64,000 bases of DNA from Bacteroidales bacterium (GTDB lineage: Bacteria > Bacteroidota > Bacteroidia > Bacteroidales > WCHB1-69). Position 1 is the stretch's first letter. Every line of letters begins with the position of its first letter. Below the pieces are notes generated by a model. That model was not told the origin of the DNA. It did no database searches and worked only from the letters and a program-made list of their open reading frames with translations. Shown here piece by piece: positions 8,117 to 19,800 of this stretch. The translations under genes and the position numbers were made by a program. The stretch spans positions 65,672 through 129,671 of the forward strand of contig JAGBPS010000017.1 of NCBI GenBank assembly GCA_017633255.1. The letters are read 5' to 3'.

Positions 8117-9556
8117 ATGGCAAATCCATTGAAACAATTGGCGGGAGAGACCGCCATCTATGGTCTGAGCTCCATCTTGGCACGCATCCTCAATTTTCTC
8201 TTCGTGCCTATTTATACGCGATTGCTCACGCAAGTGCAGTATGGTGTGGTTACCGAGTTCATGGCCTACATCGCCATTCTGCAGGTGGTGCTGGTGCTGG
8301 GTTTGGAGACGGGTTGTTTCCGCTTTGCCAACAAGGAGGGAGAGGATCCTCGCAAGGTCTATAGCGGGGCCTTGCTTACGGTTTTCGGCCTCAATCTGGC
8401 TTTCTTGGCCTGTATGGTGGCCTTTTCGGGCCCCATCTCGGATGCATTGGGCTATCACGGCTATCGCAGTCTCATCATTTACGTGGCATCCATCCTTTTC
8501 TGCGACAGTATTACGGCTATCCTTTTCGCTAAATTGAGGCAGGAACACAAGGCTATGAAGTTCGCTGTGATCAAGACCGTGAAAATCCTTACCGAGACAG
8601 GTGTCAATCTGATTCTTTTCTTCGTATGGCCCAAGCAGCCGGATTTCACCTATCCCATCATTGCTATCTTTGTCAGCTGTGTGCTGTGTCTGCTGCTTTT
8701 TATCCCTGACATACTGCGACTCAGACTCGTCTGGGACAGAGATGTGGTAAAGCGGATGCTGCTGTATGCGGTGCCGCTTATGGTGGCGGCGCTTCCCGGC
8801 GTAGCCAATGATTTTATGGACCGTATTCTTTTCCGTTACTTCGACACTTCGGCCGAAGCCTGGCGCGCTTCCTTGGGCGTGTATCAGGCGGCGGTGAAGC
8901 TGGCGGTGATTATGAATCTCTTTATCCAGATGTTCCGCTACGCCGCTGAGCCTTTCTTCTTCCAGCGGGCTCGGGACAAAAACTCGAAAGAGCTCTATGC
9001 CGTGGTGATGGAATATTTCATTGTTTTCTGCGGTTTGGTATTCCTGGGTGTAGTGGGTTATATCGACATTATATGCCTCTTCTTGGGTCCCGACTTCCGT
9101 GCCGGAATGGGTGTAGTGCCGATTATGCTCCTCAGCTATATGCTGTTGGGCATGCTCTTCAATGTGTCCATGTGGTACAAGCTTTCCGGCCGTACCAATA
9201 TGGCCATCTGGATTACCCTGGCAGGCTTGGCGGTCACTACCGTGGTGAATGTGGTGTTCATGCCCCGTTACTCTTATTGGGCTTCTGCTTTTGGTCACTT
9301 GGCCAGCTATTTGGTCATGTTTATCCTGAGCGCTTCCTTGGGGGCCAAGTACTATCCCATCCCTTATAAGTGGGTGCGTATCGGCCTGATTTTTATGCTC
9401 ATGGGTCTGACATACGTAGGTTTGCGTTGGAGTCTGGACAACATCGATGCTCTGTGGTTGCGTCTGGTGCTGAATACCGCTTGCATAGGTGTTTATGCCG
9501 CCATTGCATGGTTCTTCTTGCGCCGCCGTCCAGTACCTGTCGAAGAACTCAATTGA
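8117..9556 (+). CDS. MOP/Wzx-type polysaccharide biosynthesis protein (flippase)
   Basis: The protein has many hydrophobic segments. The N-terminal AGETAIYGLSSILARILNFLFVPIYTRLL is typical of this family. Confidence 0.75.
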   Translation: MANPLKQLAGETAIYGLSSILARILNFLFVPIYTRLLTQVQYGVVTEFMAYIAILQVVLVLGLETGCFRFANKEGEDPRKVYSGALLTVFGLNLAFLACMVAFSGPISDALGYHGYRSLIIYVASILFCDSITAILFAKLRQEHKAMKFAVIKTVKILTETGVNLILFFVWPKQPDFTYPIIAIFVSCVLCLLLFIPDILRLRLVWDRDVVKRMLLYAVPLMVAALPGVANDFMDRILFRYFDTSAEAWRASLGVYQAAVKLAVIMNLFIQMFRYAAEPFFFQRARDKNSKELYAVVMEYFIVFCGLVFLGVVGYIDIICLFLGPDFRAGMGVVPIMLLSYMLLGMLFNVSMWYKLSGRTNMAIWITLAGLAVTTVVNVVFMPRYSYWASAFGHLASYLVMFILSASLGAKYYPIPYKWVRIGLIFMLMGLTYVGLRWSLDNIDALWLRLVLNTACIGVYAAIAWFFLRRRPVPVEELN

Positions 9557-9574
9557 TGAATCAAGAAATTTGTG

Positions 9575-9582
9575 TATTTTTG
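9575..9582 (+). promoter_or_regulatory. -7 box TATTTTTG
   Basis: Lies 19 nt upstream of the smpB ATG. Confidence 0.55.
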
Positions 9583-9601
9583 TAGGTTGATTTAAACAAA
9601 A

Positions 9602-10063
9602 ATGGCAAAAGAGAAAAATACTACGCAAATCGCTATAAAAAACCGGAAAGCAGAGTTCGAATATTACCTGCTGACAACGTTTTCAGCAGGCTTGGTGCTC
9701 TGCGGCACCGAAATCAAATCCATCCGCGCGGGCAAAGCCAATCTGGTGGACAGCTACTGCTCTTTCATCAACGGTGAGTTGTGGGTGCATAATCTGCACA
9801 TCAGCGAGTACGCCCACGGCAGCTACAACAATCATGAGCCCAAGCGTGACCGCAAACTGCTGCTCAACAAAAAGGAACTGAAGAAACTGCAAAGCAAACT
9901 CAACGACCGAGGCACCACCATTATTCCTACCTTGTTGTGGATTAATGAGAAAGGCTATGCGAAATTGGACATTGCTTTGGCACGAGGCAAGAAAATGTAC
10001 GACAAGCGCGAAAGTATCAAGGAGAAAGATAACCGTAGGGCCGCTGCAAGAGAGGAGGAATAG
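9602..10063 (+). CDS. smpB: SsrA-binding protein
   Basis: The 153-aa protein carries KNRKAEFEY and GTEIKSIR motifs and a basic C-terminal tail. Confidence 0.92.
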   Translation: MAKEKNTTQIAIKNRKAEFEYYLLTTFSAGLVLCGTEIKSIRAGKANLVDSYCSFINGELWVHNLHISEYAHGSYNNHEPKRDRKLLLNKKELKKLQSKLNDRGTTIIPTLLWINEKGYAKLDIALARGKKMYDKRESIKEKDNRRAAAREEE

Positions 10064-10065
10064 CT

Positions 10066-10407
10066 ATGGAAGACGAGATGATGAATATGGATATCGAACG
10101 CTCGTATTTCAGTATTGGAGATACCGCCAAAATGTTCGGCCTCACTCCTGCCACCTTGCGTTTTTGGGAGAAGGAATTCACTGAGATAAAGCCGTTTAAG
10201 AATAAGAAAGGCGAGCGATATTATACCCGTCAGGATATTGATATCATCAAAACCATCCATTATCTGACCAAAACCAAAGGTTATACCCTCAAGGGTGCCA
10301 AAGAGGCCATGAAAAGCAATTTCATGCAGGAAACCTGCAATGCTCATATTGCCGATACTTTGTTGAAGGTGAAACGGTTGCTTTTGGAAATAAAAGAAGG
10401 ATTATAA
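10066..10407 (+). CDS. MerR family transcriptional regulator
   Basis: The N-terminal HTH is FSIGDTAKMFGLTPATLRFWEKEF...RYYTRQDI. Confidence 0.75.
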   Translation: MEDEMMNMDIERSYFSIGDTAKMFGLTPATLRFWEKEFTEIKPFKNKKGERYYTRQDIDIIKTIHYLTKTKGYTLKGAKEAMKSNFMQETCNAHIADTLLKVKRLLLEIKEGL

Positions 10408-10456
10408 TTTGATTGCCATAAAAAAATTATATTTTTAACCATAAAATCATCAAAAT

Positions 10457-10876
10457 ATGACAAAGAAAATTTTATCTTGGAGCGCAGTTGCCGTAGTGGC
10501 ACTGATCATTTTATCAGTGGCTGTGGTTTCATGCAAAAAAAGTGAAACTTCAAACGAGGACAACAACTCAGTTGTGGGCGTATGGTCTGGTACAGAGGGT
10601 AATACAGATTATAAACTTACTTTTTCGGATAACAAAACCGGATTGTATGAGGATTTTTATCATTCTTCCTCTGGCGAGGTAGAACATGTTTACATGCCAT
10701 TTGACTATACAATGACTGACAGTCAAAGCGGAAGTCTCACCCTTCATGATGACGATGGTTCTTATTTGGCGGGAGATCCGGAAATTTTGTATTTTGAAAT
10801 CATCAGTGGAAATATGGTTTTGTACCGTTACCACTATGGCAATAAGGAAACAATATGTCTGCTGCATAAAGAATAA
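10457..10876 (+). CDS. Hypothetical lipoprotein
   Basis: The signal peptide ends in VVSC. No domain was recognised. Its stop overlaps the next start (TAATG). Confidence 0.5.
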   Translation: MTKKILSWSAVAVVALIILSVAVVSCKKSETSNEDNNSVVGVWSGTEGNTDYKLTFSDNKTGLYEDFYHSSSGEVEHVYMPFDYTMTDSQSGSLTLHDDDGSYLAGDPEILYFEIISGNMVLYRYHYGNKETICLLHKE

Positions 10877-12633
10877 TGCAATTTGCAGATTCTTTTAAGT
10901 ATCGGTGGCAATTTGGCTCACTGTTTTTTACCATCCTGACAGCCTGTCTGATTTGTACAAACAGGCTGTCGTGGCATATTCTTACCACTCCATTGCTCAC
11001 GGCGTTTCTAATCAGTGCTCCGACATCTTTGTTGCCTGGAATTATACGTATAGTGGTGCAGATTGTTGTTGGAGAAATTGTGGTTGCAGTGTGTTTGGTA
11101 GATGCTTATTGTCAGATTTACCTTAAAGCATCAATATCTCCACACATTTTCAGCGTTATTTCGCAAACAAATCTTTCAGAGGCCAGCGAGTTCCTGTCTA
11201 CTTTCATAGGTCCCAATGTTTTCTTCCAATGGCGTATCATCGGATTGTTGTTGGTGGGTATTTTGTTTCCATTGTCCTATATTCCTGCTGTAAAAAATAA
11301 AATTGGAACCAGGTTACTCCGTTTTTTCCCTAGGGGACGACGTATTCGCATAGTGGTTGCTATACTGCTGATGGTCTGCTTGGTGGTTGAGTTACCAGCT
11401 TCAGTACGTTTTTTACAGTTTTTCAGGTCTGGTGCTAATCCTGATTTTGTGGAAAGCCTTATTTTCCGCAATTATCATCAAGATATGCCCACACCATTGC
11501 ACCGGCTTGCATATTCATGGCAAACTACCAGCGTGTCCATGCGTGCTATGGGGATGTTGCGAGCCAATACTTACGGTGCCACTATCGACAAAACAAGCCA
11601 TCGCTCTCCACATATTGTGCTTGTCATCGGTGAGAGTTTCAACAAACATCACTCCTCTCTATATGGTTACTCTCTTCCTACAACTCCATTGCAGCAACGA
11701 CGTATGGAGAAGGGGGAATTGTTCCCTTTTACTGATGTGGTGACCCCATGGAATATCACGAGTAATGCTATTCTCCATCTTTTTGCTGTAGGTTCCGATG
11801 ATTCTGACGGAACCTTAGCCAATCGCATACTCTTCCCAATACTATTTCGAAGGGCGGGCTACGAGGTGACCTTCTTTTCTAATCAATATAGGATAAAAGG
11901 ATTCTTTTCTGGAGCTACCAGTGAAGCTGGAAATTTTTTTCTTTCCGATCGAGATATGAGCGATTCTCTCTTTTCCTATCGTAATAGTCGTTTCTCACAG
12001 AGAGATATGGGTATTGTACGCCAGTTGTCAGAGTATTATGCCAAGAAAACCGTTACTCCGTTCACTCTTGACATCATTCATCTCAAAGGGCAGCATTTTG
12101 ATTATAGTCTTCGCTATCCAAGCGAGGAGTCTTTTTTCTCTGTTGAAGATTATGCCGACCGTGGTCTTGACAGACAGTCTGTGTTGACAGTAATGCATTA
12201 TGACAATGCTACACGGTACAATGACCGTGTGCTTGACAGCCTTTTGTTATTCTATGAGAGCATGGAATCAATCGTTGTTTTCATTTCTGACCATGGTGAA
12301 GAAATTTATGACAATCTTCCTGTGCAAGGAAGGCTTTTTCAGAGGCCCGACAAGTTTCAGGCTCGCAACGAATACGAAGTCCCTATGTGGATATGGTGTT
12401 CGCAACGTTACTTTGAGGTTCACCCTGAGATCATAGCTTCAATTAAAGACGCGACAAGCCGACCACTAATGTCCGATAACATTCCACAGTTGTTGCTCTA
12501 TCTTGCCGATATCAATAGCCGATGGGTGTTAGAAGAGCAGAATGTTTTGTCACCTTCCTATCGGAAAAGCCGCCGAATTATTGGTGGTGAAGTCGATTAT
12601 GATAACATTATTGAAAAGAACCATTGCAATTGA
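10876..12633 (+). CDS. Sulfatase-family membrane protein, phosphoethanolamine-transferase-like (EptA-like)
   Basis: N-terminal TM segments are followed by an alkaline-phosphatase/sulfatase-type domain (HIVLVIGESFN, VVFISDHGEE). Confidence 0.65.
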   Translation: MQFADSFKYRWQFGSLFFTILTACLICTNRLSWHILTTPLLTAFLISAPTSLLPGIIRIVVQIVVGEIVVAVCLVDAYCQIYLKASISPHIFSVISQTNLSEASEFLSTFIGPNVFFQWRIIGLLLVGILFPLSYIPAVKNKIGTRLLRFFPRGRRIRIVVAILLMVCLVVELPASVRFLQFFRSGANPDFVESLIFRNYHQDMPTPLHRLAYSWQTTSVSMRAMGMLRANTYGATIDKTSHRSPHIVLVIGESFNKHHSSLYGYSLPTTPLQQRRMEKGELFPFTDVVTPWNITSNAILHLFAVGSDDSDGTLANRILFPILFRRAGYEVTFFSNQYRIKGFFSGATSEAGNFFLSDRDMSDSLFSYRNSRFSQRDMGIVRQLSEYYAKKTVTPFTLDIIHLKGQHFDYSLRYPSEESFFSVEDYADRGLDRQSVLTVMHYDNATRYNDRVLDSLLLFYESMESIVVFISDHGEEIYDNLPVQGRLFQRPDKFQARNEYEVPMWIWCSQRYFEVHPEIIASIKDATSRPLMSDNIPQLLLYLADINSRWVLEEQNVLSPSYRKSRRIIGGEVDYDNIIEKNHCN

Positions 12634-12650
12634 ATGTAAAAAATAATTAT

Positions 12651-15230
12651 ATGCGCAAATACTTCATTATCATTATTTTAGATTTTTGTTGCACTTGGAG
12701 TGTACAAGCACAGCAAACGGGGTTTGTGTCCACTCAAATGGACAGAGTCATTACCCAAACAGGCATTATCCCCACTCCCCAGCATGTGACTTTCCAAAAG
12801 GGGTATTATGGTCTGAAGGATTTTCAGCAGCCTGTTGTTGAAACGCAGTTAATAACGTCATTTCCCATTGATACCAATGCCGATCAGGCTTATATTTTGG
12901 AAGTGAAATCGGATAAAATTTTGATTCAGGCGATTACAGAACAAGGTTTGTTTTATGGGCAGCAGAGCGTGAAGCAAATGCTGCGATATTTCAGCGATGA
13001 TGAGGGAAAGGCCCGCATCCCCTGTATGAGGATTGTGGATTATCCCAAGCTGAAATACCGTGGCTGGATGGACGACATCAGCAGAGGTCCTATTCCGAAC
13101 ATGGAGTTCCTGAAACGGGCTATTGCCACTTTGGCTGAGTATAAATTGAATTTTTTCAATCTTTATACCGAGCATGTGTTCAAATTGGACCGATATCCGG
13201 ATATTGCGCCCACCGATGGGCTTACTGCGGCTGAGGTGAAAGAGCTGGAAGAGTATGCCCGCCAGTATCACATTGAGTTTTTCGGCAACCAGCAGTGTTT
13301 TGCCCATGCGGAAGAAACTTTCAGGATTCCTTTTTACCAGCCCATGGCCGATACCAAGTTCAATTGGAATCCGGGAGAACCGAAGACATACGATTTCCTG
13401 CGCTATGAGTTGGAAACGGTGGCCAAGGCCTACCAGTCACCGTTTTTCAATATCAACTGCGACGAGACCGAGGCCCTGGGTAGCGGACGGGCCAAAGATT
13501 ATGTGGAGCAAAATGAAGGCGCGTCGCAGGTTTACGCCCGCCATATCCAGTGGGTGTACAATGTGCTGAAACCGCTGGGCAAAAAAGTGATGATGTGGGG
13601 CGATATCGCCGCCAAAGACCCGGTGATTACCTCGCAGTTGCCTAAAGACATGCTGATGTTGGTGTGGAGTTATTCGCCTTCGGACAGCTATGTGGATATG
13701 ATGGAACCATTTGAGAAACAGGGACTTGAATTTATGGTGGCACCAGGCATGAGCATGTGGGGCTCGGTGTTTCCCAGCGAGGAGACTTATACCAAAAACA
13801 TTGCCAATTTGGTACGTGACGGCTATCAGCATGGGGCTATCGGCATGATGAACACCGCCTGGGACGATTCGGGTGAGTCGCTGTTCAACAGCACCTGGCA
13901 TGGCATGGCCTGGGCTGCCGAGATGAGCTGGAACCCCATCAACGAAACCGAGCCCGCCAAAGCTGACCAGGAGAGAGTTGAAAGACTGGGCACTTTCAAC
14001 GAGGCTTTTGCAACCGCTTTTGAAGTGCCTGATAATGATTTCCAGCTGATGAAGGAACTGGAGCATGTCGATATTCCTAATTTCTTCAACAGTCTGGCTT
14101 TGTATGAAAGTGTGTGGGATTTCTATCCTTCGAAAATCAGCGAGGCTACGTATCAGCAGTATCAGCATTCCTGCCAGTTGATTGAAAAGCAGAAAGAAAA
14201 ATACCTGTCCTCCTGGGCCATTAACCCGCAGACACCTCAATACGATGCGGCCAAGCGGATAGCCAGCTATGTGTGCCTCAGGCTGCAGACCGCCTCCAAA
14301 ATCGGCATCTTGCGTTACAAAATCAGTCAGCGCCTGCAAGGCAGTGAGCGGTTTTCGGAACAGGAAATAAAAGATGATATACAAACAACGGTTAACTTGC
14401 TGCATGAAACCAAGTTAGCCTATATGAAGCTGTGGGATGAGGAATGCCGTCCTTATTGCAGAAACATTGTGGAAGAGCGGTATAATCAGTTGGCACAAGA
14501 ACTGATGGATATTCCTTATCATGTTGTCATTTCTTCAGAGCAAAATGCTAAAAATGAAGTGGTTGTGAGCATGCGAACCCTTTTCAACGATCAGGAGATT
14601 TTCTATACAGTGGATGGTCGCGAACCGCAATTAGGCGAGAAATACAAAGCTCCCCTCGTACTTTCACAGTCCGCCACCGTTCGTGCGATGTGCTTTAATC
14701 CTTTCAAGGAGAAGGTTTTATCAGAAAAATATATCCTGATACATAAGGCTTTGCATAAAATCAGCAAACTTAACACGGCCTATTCGGAATATCGTCCGCA
14801 GTACGCGGCATCAGGAAAGATGGGACTGGCGGATGGCGTTATCGGCAGCGAAAGCTATCTTGATGGCTGCTGGCAGGGCTATTGGGGCGACGACATTGAT
14901 GTGGAGTTTGATTTTGGCAAACTCACCGTTCTCCATAGTTTCAAGACGCGATTCTTGCAAAATATCCACGATTGGATTATGTGTCCACAGACGGTGGAAT
15001 TATATAGCTCGAAAGATGGAATTAATTATCAGTTATACAAAGTTTTAACAATCCCGAATGTGGAATATACCGCTGAAAAGACGGGTATCTTCACACTTCA
15101 GGAGGACGATCTGTCCCTCAAAACCCGTTATGTGCGGGTGGTGGTGAAAAACGGGGGAAAATTGCCCTCATGGCATCAGGCTCCCGGCCAGCCGTCGTAT
15201 ATTTTCTGCGATGAGATGATATTCAATTAG
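12651..15230 (+). CDS. GH20 beta-N-acetylhexosaminidase-like glycoside hydrolase
   Basis: ATG 12651 gives a signal peptide. The core is GH20-like (YRGWMDDISRGP, the D-E pair in NINCDETE). It also has an FYTVDGREP chitobiase-C-like module and a discoidin-like C-terminus. Confidence 0.7.
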   Translation: MRKYFIIIILDFCCTWSVQAQQTGFVSTQMDRVITQTGIIPTPQHVTFQKGYYGLKDFQQPVVETQLITSFPIDTNADQAYILEVKSDKILIQAITEQGLFYGQQSVKQMLRYFSDDEGKARIPCMRIVDYPKLKYRGWMDDISRGPIPNMEFLKRAIATLAEYKLNFFNLYTEHVFKLDRYPDIAPTDGLTAAEVKELEEYARQYHIEFFGNQQCFAHAEETFRIPFYQPMADTKFNWNPGEPKTYDFLRYELETVAKAYQSPFFNINCDETEALGSGRAKDYVEQNEGASQVYARHIQWVYNVLKPLGKKVMMWGDIAAKDPVITSQLPKDMLMLVWSYSPSDSYVDMMEPFEKQGLEFMVAPGMSMWGSVFPSEETYTKNIANLVRDGYQHGAIGMMNTAWDDSGESLFNSTWHGMAWAAEMSWNPINETEPAKADQERVERLGTFNEAFATAFEVPDNDFQLMKELEHVDIPNFFNSLALYESVWDFYPSKISEATYQQYQHSCQLIEKQKEKYLSSWAINPQTPQYDAAKRIASYVCLRLQTASKIGILRYKISQRLQGSERFSEQEIKDDIQTTVNLLHETKLAYMKLWDEECRPYCRNIVEERYNQLAQELMDIPYHVVISSEQNAKNEVVVSMRTLFNDQEIFYTVDGREPQLGEKYKAPLVLSQSATVRAMCFNPFKEKVLSEKYILIHKALHKISKLNTAYSEYRPQYAASGKMGLADGVIGSESYLDGCWQGYWGDDIDVEFDFGKLTVLHSFKTRFLQNIHDWIMCPQTVELYSSKDGINYQLYKVLTIPNVEYTAEKTGIFTLQEDDLSLKTRYVRVVVKNGGKLPSWHQAPGQPSYIFCDEMIFN

Positions 15231-15257
15231 TAGAGACGTTTCATGAAACGTCTCTAC
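15230..15257. terminator. Perfect 28-nt palindrome GTAGAGACGTTTCA/TGAAACGTCTCTAC overlapping the GH20 stop codon
   Basis: The two 14-nt arms are fully complementary and there is no U-tract. It is a likely terminator or REP-like element. Confidence 0.6.
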
Positions 15258-15354
15258 GGAAACGGGAATATTGCAGGATATACCCCATGGAAATTGCCAG
15301 GGTGTGTTCCGCAAAAAAATGTATAATATTATAGCGTATTCGGGAAAAATTCCG

Positions 15355-15362
15355 TACCTTTG
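15355..15362 (+). promoter_or_regulatory. -7 box TACCTTTG
   Basis: Lies 24 nt upstream of the secA ATG at 15387. Confidence 0.6.
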
Positions 15363-15386
15363 CACCCCAATTTTAAAACAAGAAAT

Positions 15387-18300
15387 ATGAGCTTTTTGAG
15401 TAAACTTTTCGGGACCAAGGCTGACCGAGATATGAAAGAATTGAAGCCTTATCTCGCGAAAACGTTGGCAGCATACGAGACCATCAAGGACCTCTCCAAT
15501 GACGAGTTGCGTCACAAAACCGTGGAATTCAAGCAGAGAATTGCGGAAACGGTAAAGGAGGAAGAGAACAGAATAGCCGAAATCAAGGAATATCTGGACA
15601 ATAACTATGATATGCCCATCAAGGAGAAAGAGGATTTCTACAAGGAATTGGAAAACTTGGAAAACCGCTCCTACAAGAAAACACAGGAAGTACTGGATGA
15701 TATTCTGCCTCAGGCATTTGCGGTGATGAAGGAGACTGCCCGCCGTTTCAAAGACAATGAAATCGTGGAAGTGACCGCCACCCAGATGGACAGGGATATT
15801 GCCGCCTACAGAAATTGCATCGAGATTGTGGATGACAAGGCTCTTTACCATAACACTTGGTCCGCTGGTGGCAACATGATCAAATGGGATATGTGCCACT
15901 ATGATGTGCAGCTGATTGGTGGTACGGTGCTGCATCAGGGCAAAATTGCTGAGATGGCCACGGGTGAAGGTAAAACCTTGGTGGCTACTTTGCCAGTTTA
16001 TCTCAACGCGCTTCCGGGCAAGGGTGTGCATGTGGTAACCGTAAACGACTATTTGGCCAAGCGTGACGCCGAGTGGATGGGGTTGTTGTACGAATTCCAT
16101 GGTTTGACGGTGGATTGTATCGACAAGCACGAGCCGAATTCCGAAGCCCGCCGCAAAGCTTACGCCGCGGATATTACATACGGTACCAACAACGAGTTCG
16201 GTTTCGACTATCTGCGTGACAACATGGCCCGTAACATTACCGAGCTGGTGCAGCGTCCGCACAATTTCGCCATCGTCGATGAGGTGGACTCCGTGTTGAT
16301 TGACGATGCCCGTACGCCTTTGATTATTTCAGGTCCCACGCCCCGTGGCGACCAGCAGGAATTCGACCTCTACAAACCTGTTGTGGAGAAATTATACAAT
16401 GCCCAGAAAGTTTATGTGGCTGAAATTCTGACCAAAGCCAAGAAGCTGCTGGCCGAGAATCCCGACCCGAAACCGACGGACGAAGGAGCTATGCTCTTGC
16501 TCCGTGCCCAGCGCGGTCTGCCGAAAAACAAGGCTTTGATCAAGTTCCTCAGCGAGCAGGGTATCAAGCAGATATTGCTGAAGACCGAAGGCTACTTCAT
16601 GCAGGAGCAGAATAGAAATATGCATCTTATTGATGACGAGTTGTATTTTGTGATTGAGGAAAAACAGAATACCGTTGATATCATGGATAAGGGTATCGAA
16701 CTGATTTCCAAGGATGCGGAAGAGGCCAAGATGTTCATCATGCCAGATGTGGGCGCTGAGATCGCTGAACTGGAGAAAGAGGATCTTGACCAGCAGACCA
16801 AGCAGGAACGTAAAAATGAGATTTACCGTAATTTCTCCATCGCTTCGGAGCGTATTCATACCATTCATCAGTTGCTGAAGGCTTATACCATGTTCGAAAA
16901 GGATGTGGAATATGTGATTATTGACGGTAAGGTGAAGATTGTGGATGAGCAGACGGGCCGTATCATGGAAGGCCGCCGTTATTCCGACGGTTTGCACCAG
17001 GCTATTGAGGCTAAGGAAAATGTGAAGGTGGAAGCTGCTACCCAGACTTACGCTACCATCACCTTGCAGAATTATTTCAGAATGTACAAGAAGCTGTCGG
17101 GTATGACCGGTACCGCTGAAACCGAGGCGGGTGAATTCTGGAATATTTACAAGTTGGATGTGGTGGTGATTCCGACCAACCGTCCCATTGCCCGTATCGA
17201 TGCGGAAGATATGGTTTACAAGACCAAACGAGAGAAACTGGCCGCTGTGGTCGATAAAATTTTGGAACTGCACGAAGAAGGCCGTCCCGTGCTGGTAGGT
17301 ACAACCTCTGTGGAGGATTCTGAGTTGCTGTCTAATATTTTGACTCGTCGCCGCATTGTGCACAATGTGTTGAACGCCAAGTTGCACAAGAAAGAGGCTG
17401 ACATTGTGGCTGAGGCAGGTCAAGCGGGTACGGTGACCATCTCTACCAACATGGCAGGTCGTGGTACCGATATCAAGTTGGGACCTGGCATCAAGGAAAA
17501 GGGAGGTTTGGCCATCATTGGCACGGAACGTCACGATTCGCGTCGTGTGGACCGCCAGTTGCGTGGTCGTGCCGGTCGTCAGGGTGACCCTGGTAGCTCC
17601 CAGTTCTATGTGTCTCTCGAAGACAACCTGATGCGTCTGTTCGGTTCCGACCGTATCGCCAAGGTGATGGACACCCTGGGTCTGCAGGAAGGCGAGGTAA
17701 TTCAGCATAGTATGATTACCAAGTCCATTGAGAGAGCTCAGAAGAAGGTGGAAGAAAACAACTTCGGCATCCGTAAGCGTTTGTTGGAATACGATGATGT
17801 GATGAACCACCAGCGTAGCAATATCTATGACAAGCGTCGTAACGCTTTGTTTGGCGACCGTTTGGCCATCGATATTTCTGAGATGTTCTATGATGTGTGT
17901 GTGATTGTGGTGGAAAACAACTGGGGCGCCAAGGATTATGAGGGATTCTGTCAAGAGATGATCACCACCTTTGGCTGTGAGTCGCCGTTCGATTCCGACC
18001 GCTTCCTGCAGGAGCGTCCGCAGAAACTGGCCGATGAGTTGTTCCCCTTCATCTATGAGCATTACAAGGCAAAAATACAGCAGTTGAGCAATATGGCTTA
18101 CCCGATTATTGAGAGGGTATATCTGGAGCAAGGCGACCGCTTCCAAAATATTGCTATTCCGTTCACCGATGGTTTCAAGACTTTGACAGTGGTGGCACCG
18201 CTGAAGAAATCATATGAGACTAAGGGTCGTGAGGTAGGTCTGTCCATCGAGAAAGGTATTACGCTGGCAGTTATCGACAATGCATGGAAAGAGCATCTCC

Positions 18301-18677
18301 GCGATTTGGACGATTTGAAGCAGTCGGTGCAGAATGCCTCTTACGAGCAGAAAGACCCGCTGTTGATTTATAAACTTGAGTCGGCCAGCTTGTTCGAGCA
18401 GATGCTGGAACGTATCAGCACCGAGATTGTTTCGTTCCTGACCAAGGGTACTATCCCGATTTCCGAGAATGCCCAGGTAAAAGAAGCCAAGTTGCCTGAG
18501 TCTGACGCCAAGAAACTGCAAACCGGTCGTCAGGAGGTGGGCAGTGGCCGTCAGGTGGCTCCCGGAGGTAAGGGCAGTGCGCCTATCCGCGTGGAGAAGA
18601 AAGTGGGCCGCAATGACCCCTGTCCCTGCGGCAGCGGTAAGAAATACAAGAACTGCCATGGCAAAGACGAACAATAA
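15387..18677 (+). CDS. secA: Preprotein translocase ATPase SecA
   Basis: The protein carries [30 protein letters not shown] and [13 protein letters not shown], plus the C-terminal Zn finger [14 protein letters not shown]. Confidence 0.95.
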   Translation: MSFLSKLFGTKADRDMKELKPYLAKTLAAYETIKDLSNDELRHKTVEFKQRIAETVKEEENRIAEIKEYLDNNYDMPIKEKEDFYKELENLENRSYKKTQEVLDDILPQAFAVMKETARRFKDNEIVEVTATQMDRDIAAYRNCIEIVDDKALYHNTWSAGGNMIKWDMCHYDVQLIGGTVLHQGKIAEMATGEGKTLVATLPVYLNALPGKGVHVVTVNDYLAKRDAEWMGLLYEFHGLTVDCIDKHEPNSEARRKAYAADITYGTNNEFGFDYLRDNMARNITELVQRPHNFAIVDEVDSVLIDDARTPLIISGPTPRGDQQEFDLYKPVVEKLYNAQKVYVAEILTKAKKLLAENPDPKPTDEGAMLLLRAQRGLPKNKALIKFLSEQGIKQILLKTEGYFMQEQNRNMHLIDDELYFVIEEKQNTVDIMDKGIELISKDAEEAKMFIMPDVGAEIAELEKEDLDQQTKQERKNEIYRNFSIASERIHTIHQLLKAYTMFEKDVEYVIIDGKVKIVDEQTGRIMEGRRYSDGLHQAIEAKENVKVEAATQTYATITLQNYFRMYKKLSGMTGTAETEAGEFWNIYKLDVVVIPTNRPIARIDAEDMVYKTKREKLAAVVDKILELHEEGRPVLVGTTSVEDSELLSNILTRRRIVHNVLNAKLHKKEADIVAEAGQAGTVTISTNMAGRGTDIKLGPGIKEKGGLAIIGTERHDSRRVDRQLRGRAGRQGDPGSSQFYVSLEDNLMRLFGSDRIAKVMDTLGLQEGEVIQHSMITKSIERAQKKVEENNFGIRKRLLEYDDVMNHQRSNIYDKRRNALFGDRLAIDISEMFYDVCVIVVENNWGAKDYEGFCQEMITTFGCESPFDSDRFLQERPQKLADELFPFIYEHYKAKIQQLSNMAYPIIERVYLEQGDRFQNIAIPFTDGFKTLTVVAPLKKSYETKGREVGLSIEKGITLAVIDNAWKEHLRDLDDLKQSVQNASYEQKDPLLIYKLESASLFEQMLERISTEIVSFLTKGTIPISENAQVKEAKLPESDAKKLQTGRQEVGSGRQVAPGGKGSAPIRVEKKVGRNDPCPCGSGKKYKNCHGKDEQ

Positions 18678-19791
18678 AGTTGTTCTGTCCGTCACCAATG
18701 ACCTCTATACAGACCCGCGTGTCGATAAGGTGTGCAACTTTTTGACACGCAACGGGTTTGATGTTACCCTTGTGGGCCGTCGTTACGGTGATTCCGCCAC
18801 TTTGGCACCCAGAACCTATAAAACGCATAGAATGCGCCTGCTGTTCAGAAAGGGCGGATTGTTCTATGCCGAGTATAATATCAGACTGTTTTTCTACCTC
18901 TTGTTCCATCATTTCGACTTGTTTGTGGCTAATGACTTGGATACACTTCTACCTAATGTTTTGATTAGCAAGTTGAAAAGAAAACGATTGGTGTATGATA
19001 GCCATGAGTATTTCTGTGGGGAATTGTCTATTGCCGATCGTCCTTTTGTAAAACATGTGTGGAAAAGTATTGAGAGATTCTGTTTCCCGAAATTGAAGGA
19101 TGTCATTACGGTCAGCCAGTCTATTGTGGAACAGTATGAGAAGGAATACGGTATTCGGCCACATTTGGTGCGGAATATTCCCCCGAAAGCAACTCCTCCT
19201 GTGACGGAAAGTCGCTCCTCAGTGCAATTGCCTGAGGATAAGATGATAGTTATTCTTCAAGGAAATGCTTTGATAGAAGGTCGGGGTGGCGTTGAGCTGA
19301 CAGAGGCTATGCCGTTGGTTGACCCGAAAGCTGTGTTGTTGGTGGTGGGAGCAGGTTCTGTGGTTCCTAAAATGAAACGAAAAGTGCAACAGCTCCAGCT
19401 GGAAGAGCGGGTCATCTTTGTGCCTCGTGTGTCACCGGAAAAGCTGTTCAACTACACTTATTTAGCCGATATTGGTATCAATTTAGACCAAGATGTATGC
19501 TTAAATGCCAAGTTCAGTTTACCCAATAAGATTTTTGAATATATCAAGGCGGAAACTCCGTTGGTGATATCAAATTTAGTGGAACGTGCAAGGATAATCC
19601 AGAAGTATCAAGTGGGTTTGATTGTGGAAGATGTACGACCTGAATGCATTGCTGAGAAAATAAATATCTTATTGAATGACAAACAGTTATATAATGAAAT
19701 GAAAGCCAATTGCAAAATAGCGGCGGAGGATTTGTGCTGGGAGAACGAGGAGAAGGTGCTGGAAGAGATATATCTGCGGGACAAAGGATAG
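18658..19791 (+). CDS. Group 1 (GT4-like) glycosyltransferase
   Basis: ATG 18658 overlaps the secA 3' end by 20 nt. The C-terminal half is GT-B-like, with [11 protein letters not shown] (EX7E-like). Confidence 0.7.
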   Translation: MAKTNNKVVLSVTNDLYTDPRVDKVCNFLTRNGFDVTLVGRRYGDSATLAPRTYKTHRMRLLFRKGGLFYAEYNIRLFFYLLFHHFDLFVANDLDTLLPNVLISKLKRKRLVYDSHEYFCGELSIADRPFVKHVWKSIERFCFPKLKDVITVSQSIVEQYEKEYGIRPHLVRNIPPKATPPVTESRSSVQLPEDKMIVILQGNALIEGRGGVELTEAMPLVDPKAVLLVVGAGSVVPKMKRKVQQLQLEERVIFVPRVSPEKLFNYTYLADIGINLDQDVCLNAKFSLPNKIFEYIKAETPLVISNLVERARIIQKYQVGLIVEDVRPECIAEKINILLNDKQLYNEMKANCKIAAEDLCWENEEKVLEEIYLRDKG

Positions 19792-19800
19792 GTGAGTTTC

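Noticed and set aside
7988-9628. 546-aa minus-strand ORF covering the whole flippase gene and both flanking intergenic regions
   Set aside because: It is antisense to a CDS with a clear polytopic membrane-protein pattern. Its product is His/Gln/Gly-rich and low-complexity. It reads through two promoter regions and has no -7 box of its own. It is probably a stop-codon-poor antisense frame.
16392-18146. 584-aa minus-strand ORF inside secA
   Set aside because: It is antisense to an unambiguous SecA CDS and has no recognisable motif. Several other long antisense frames arise the same way: 13437..14405 and 15168..16262 against GH20/secA, 31616..32236 and 32785..33606 against aspS/wzz-like, and 35330..35632.
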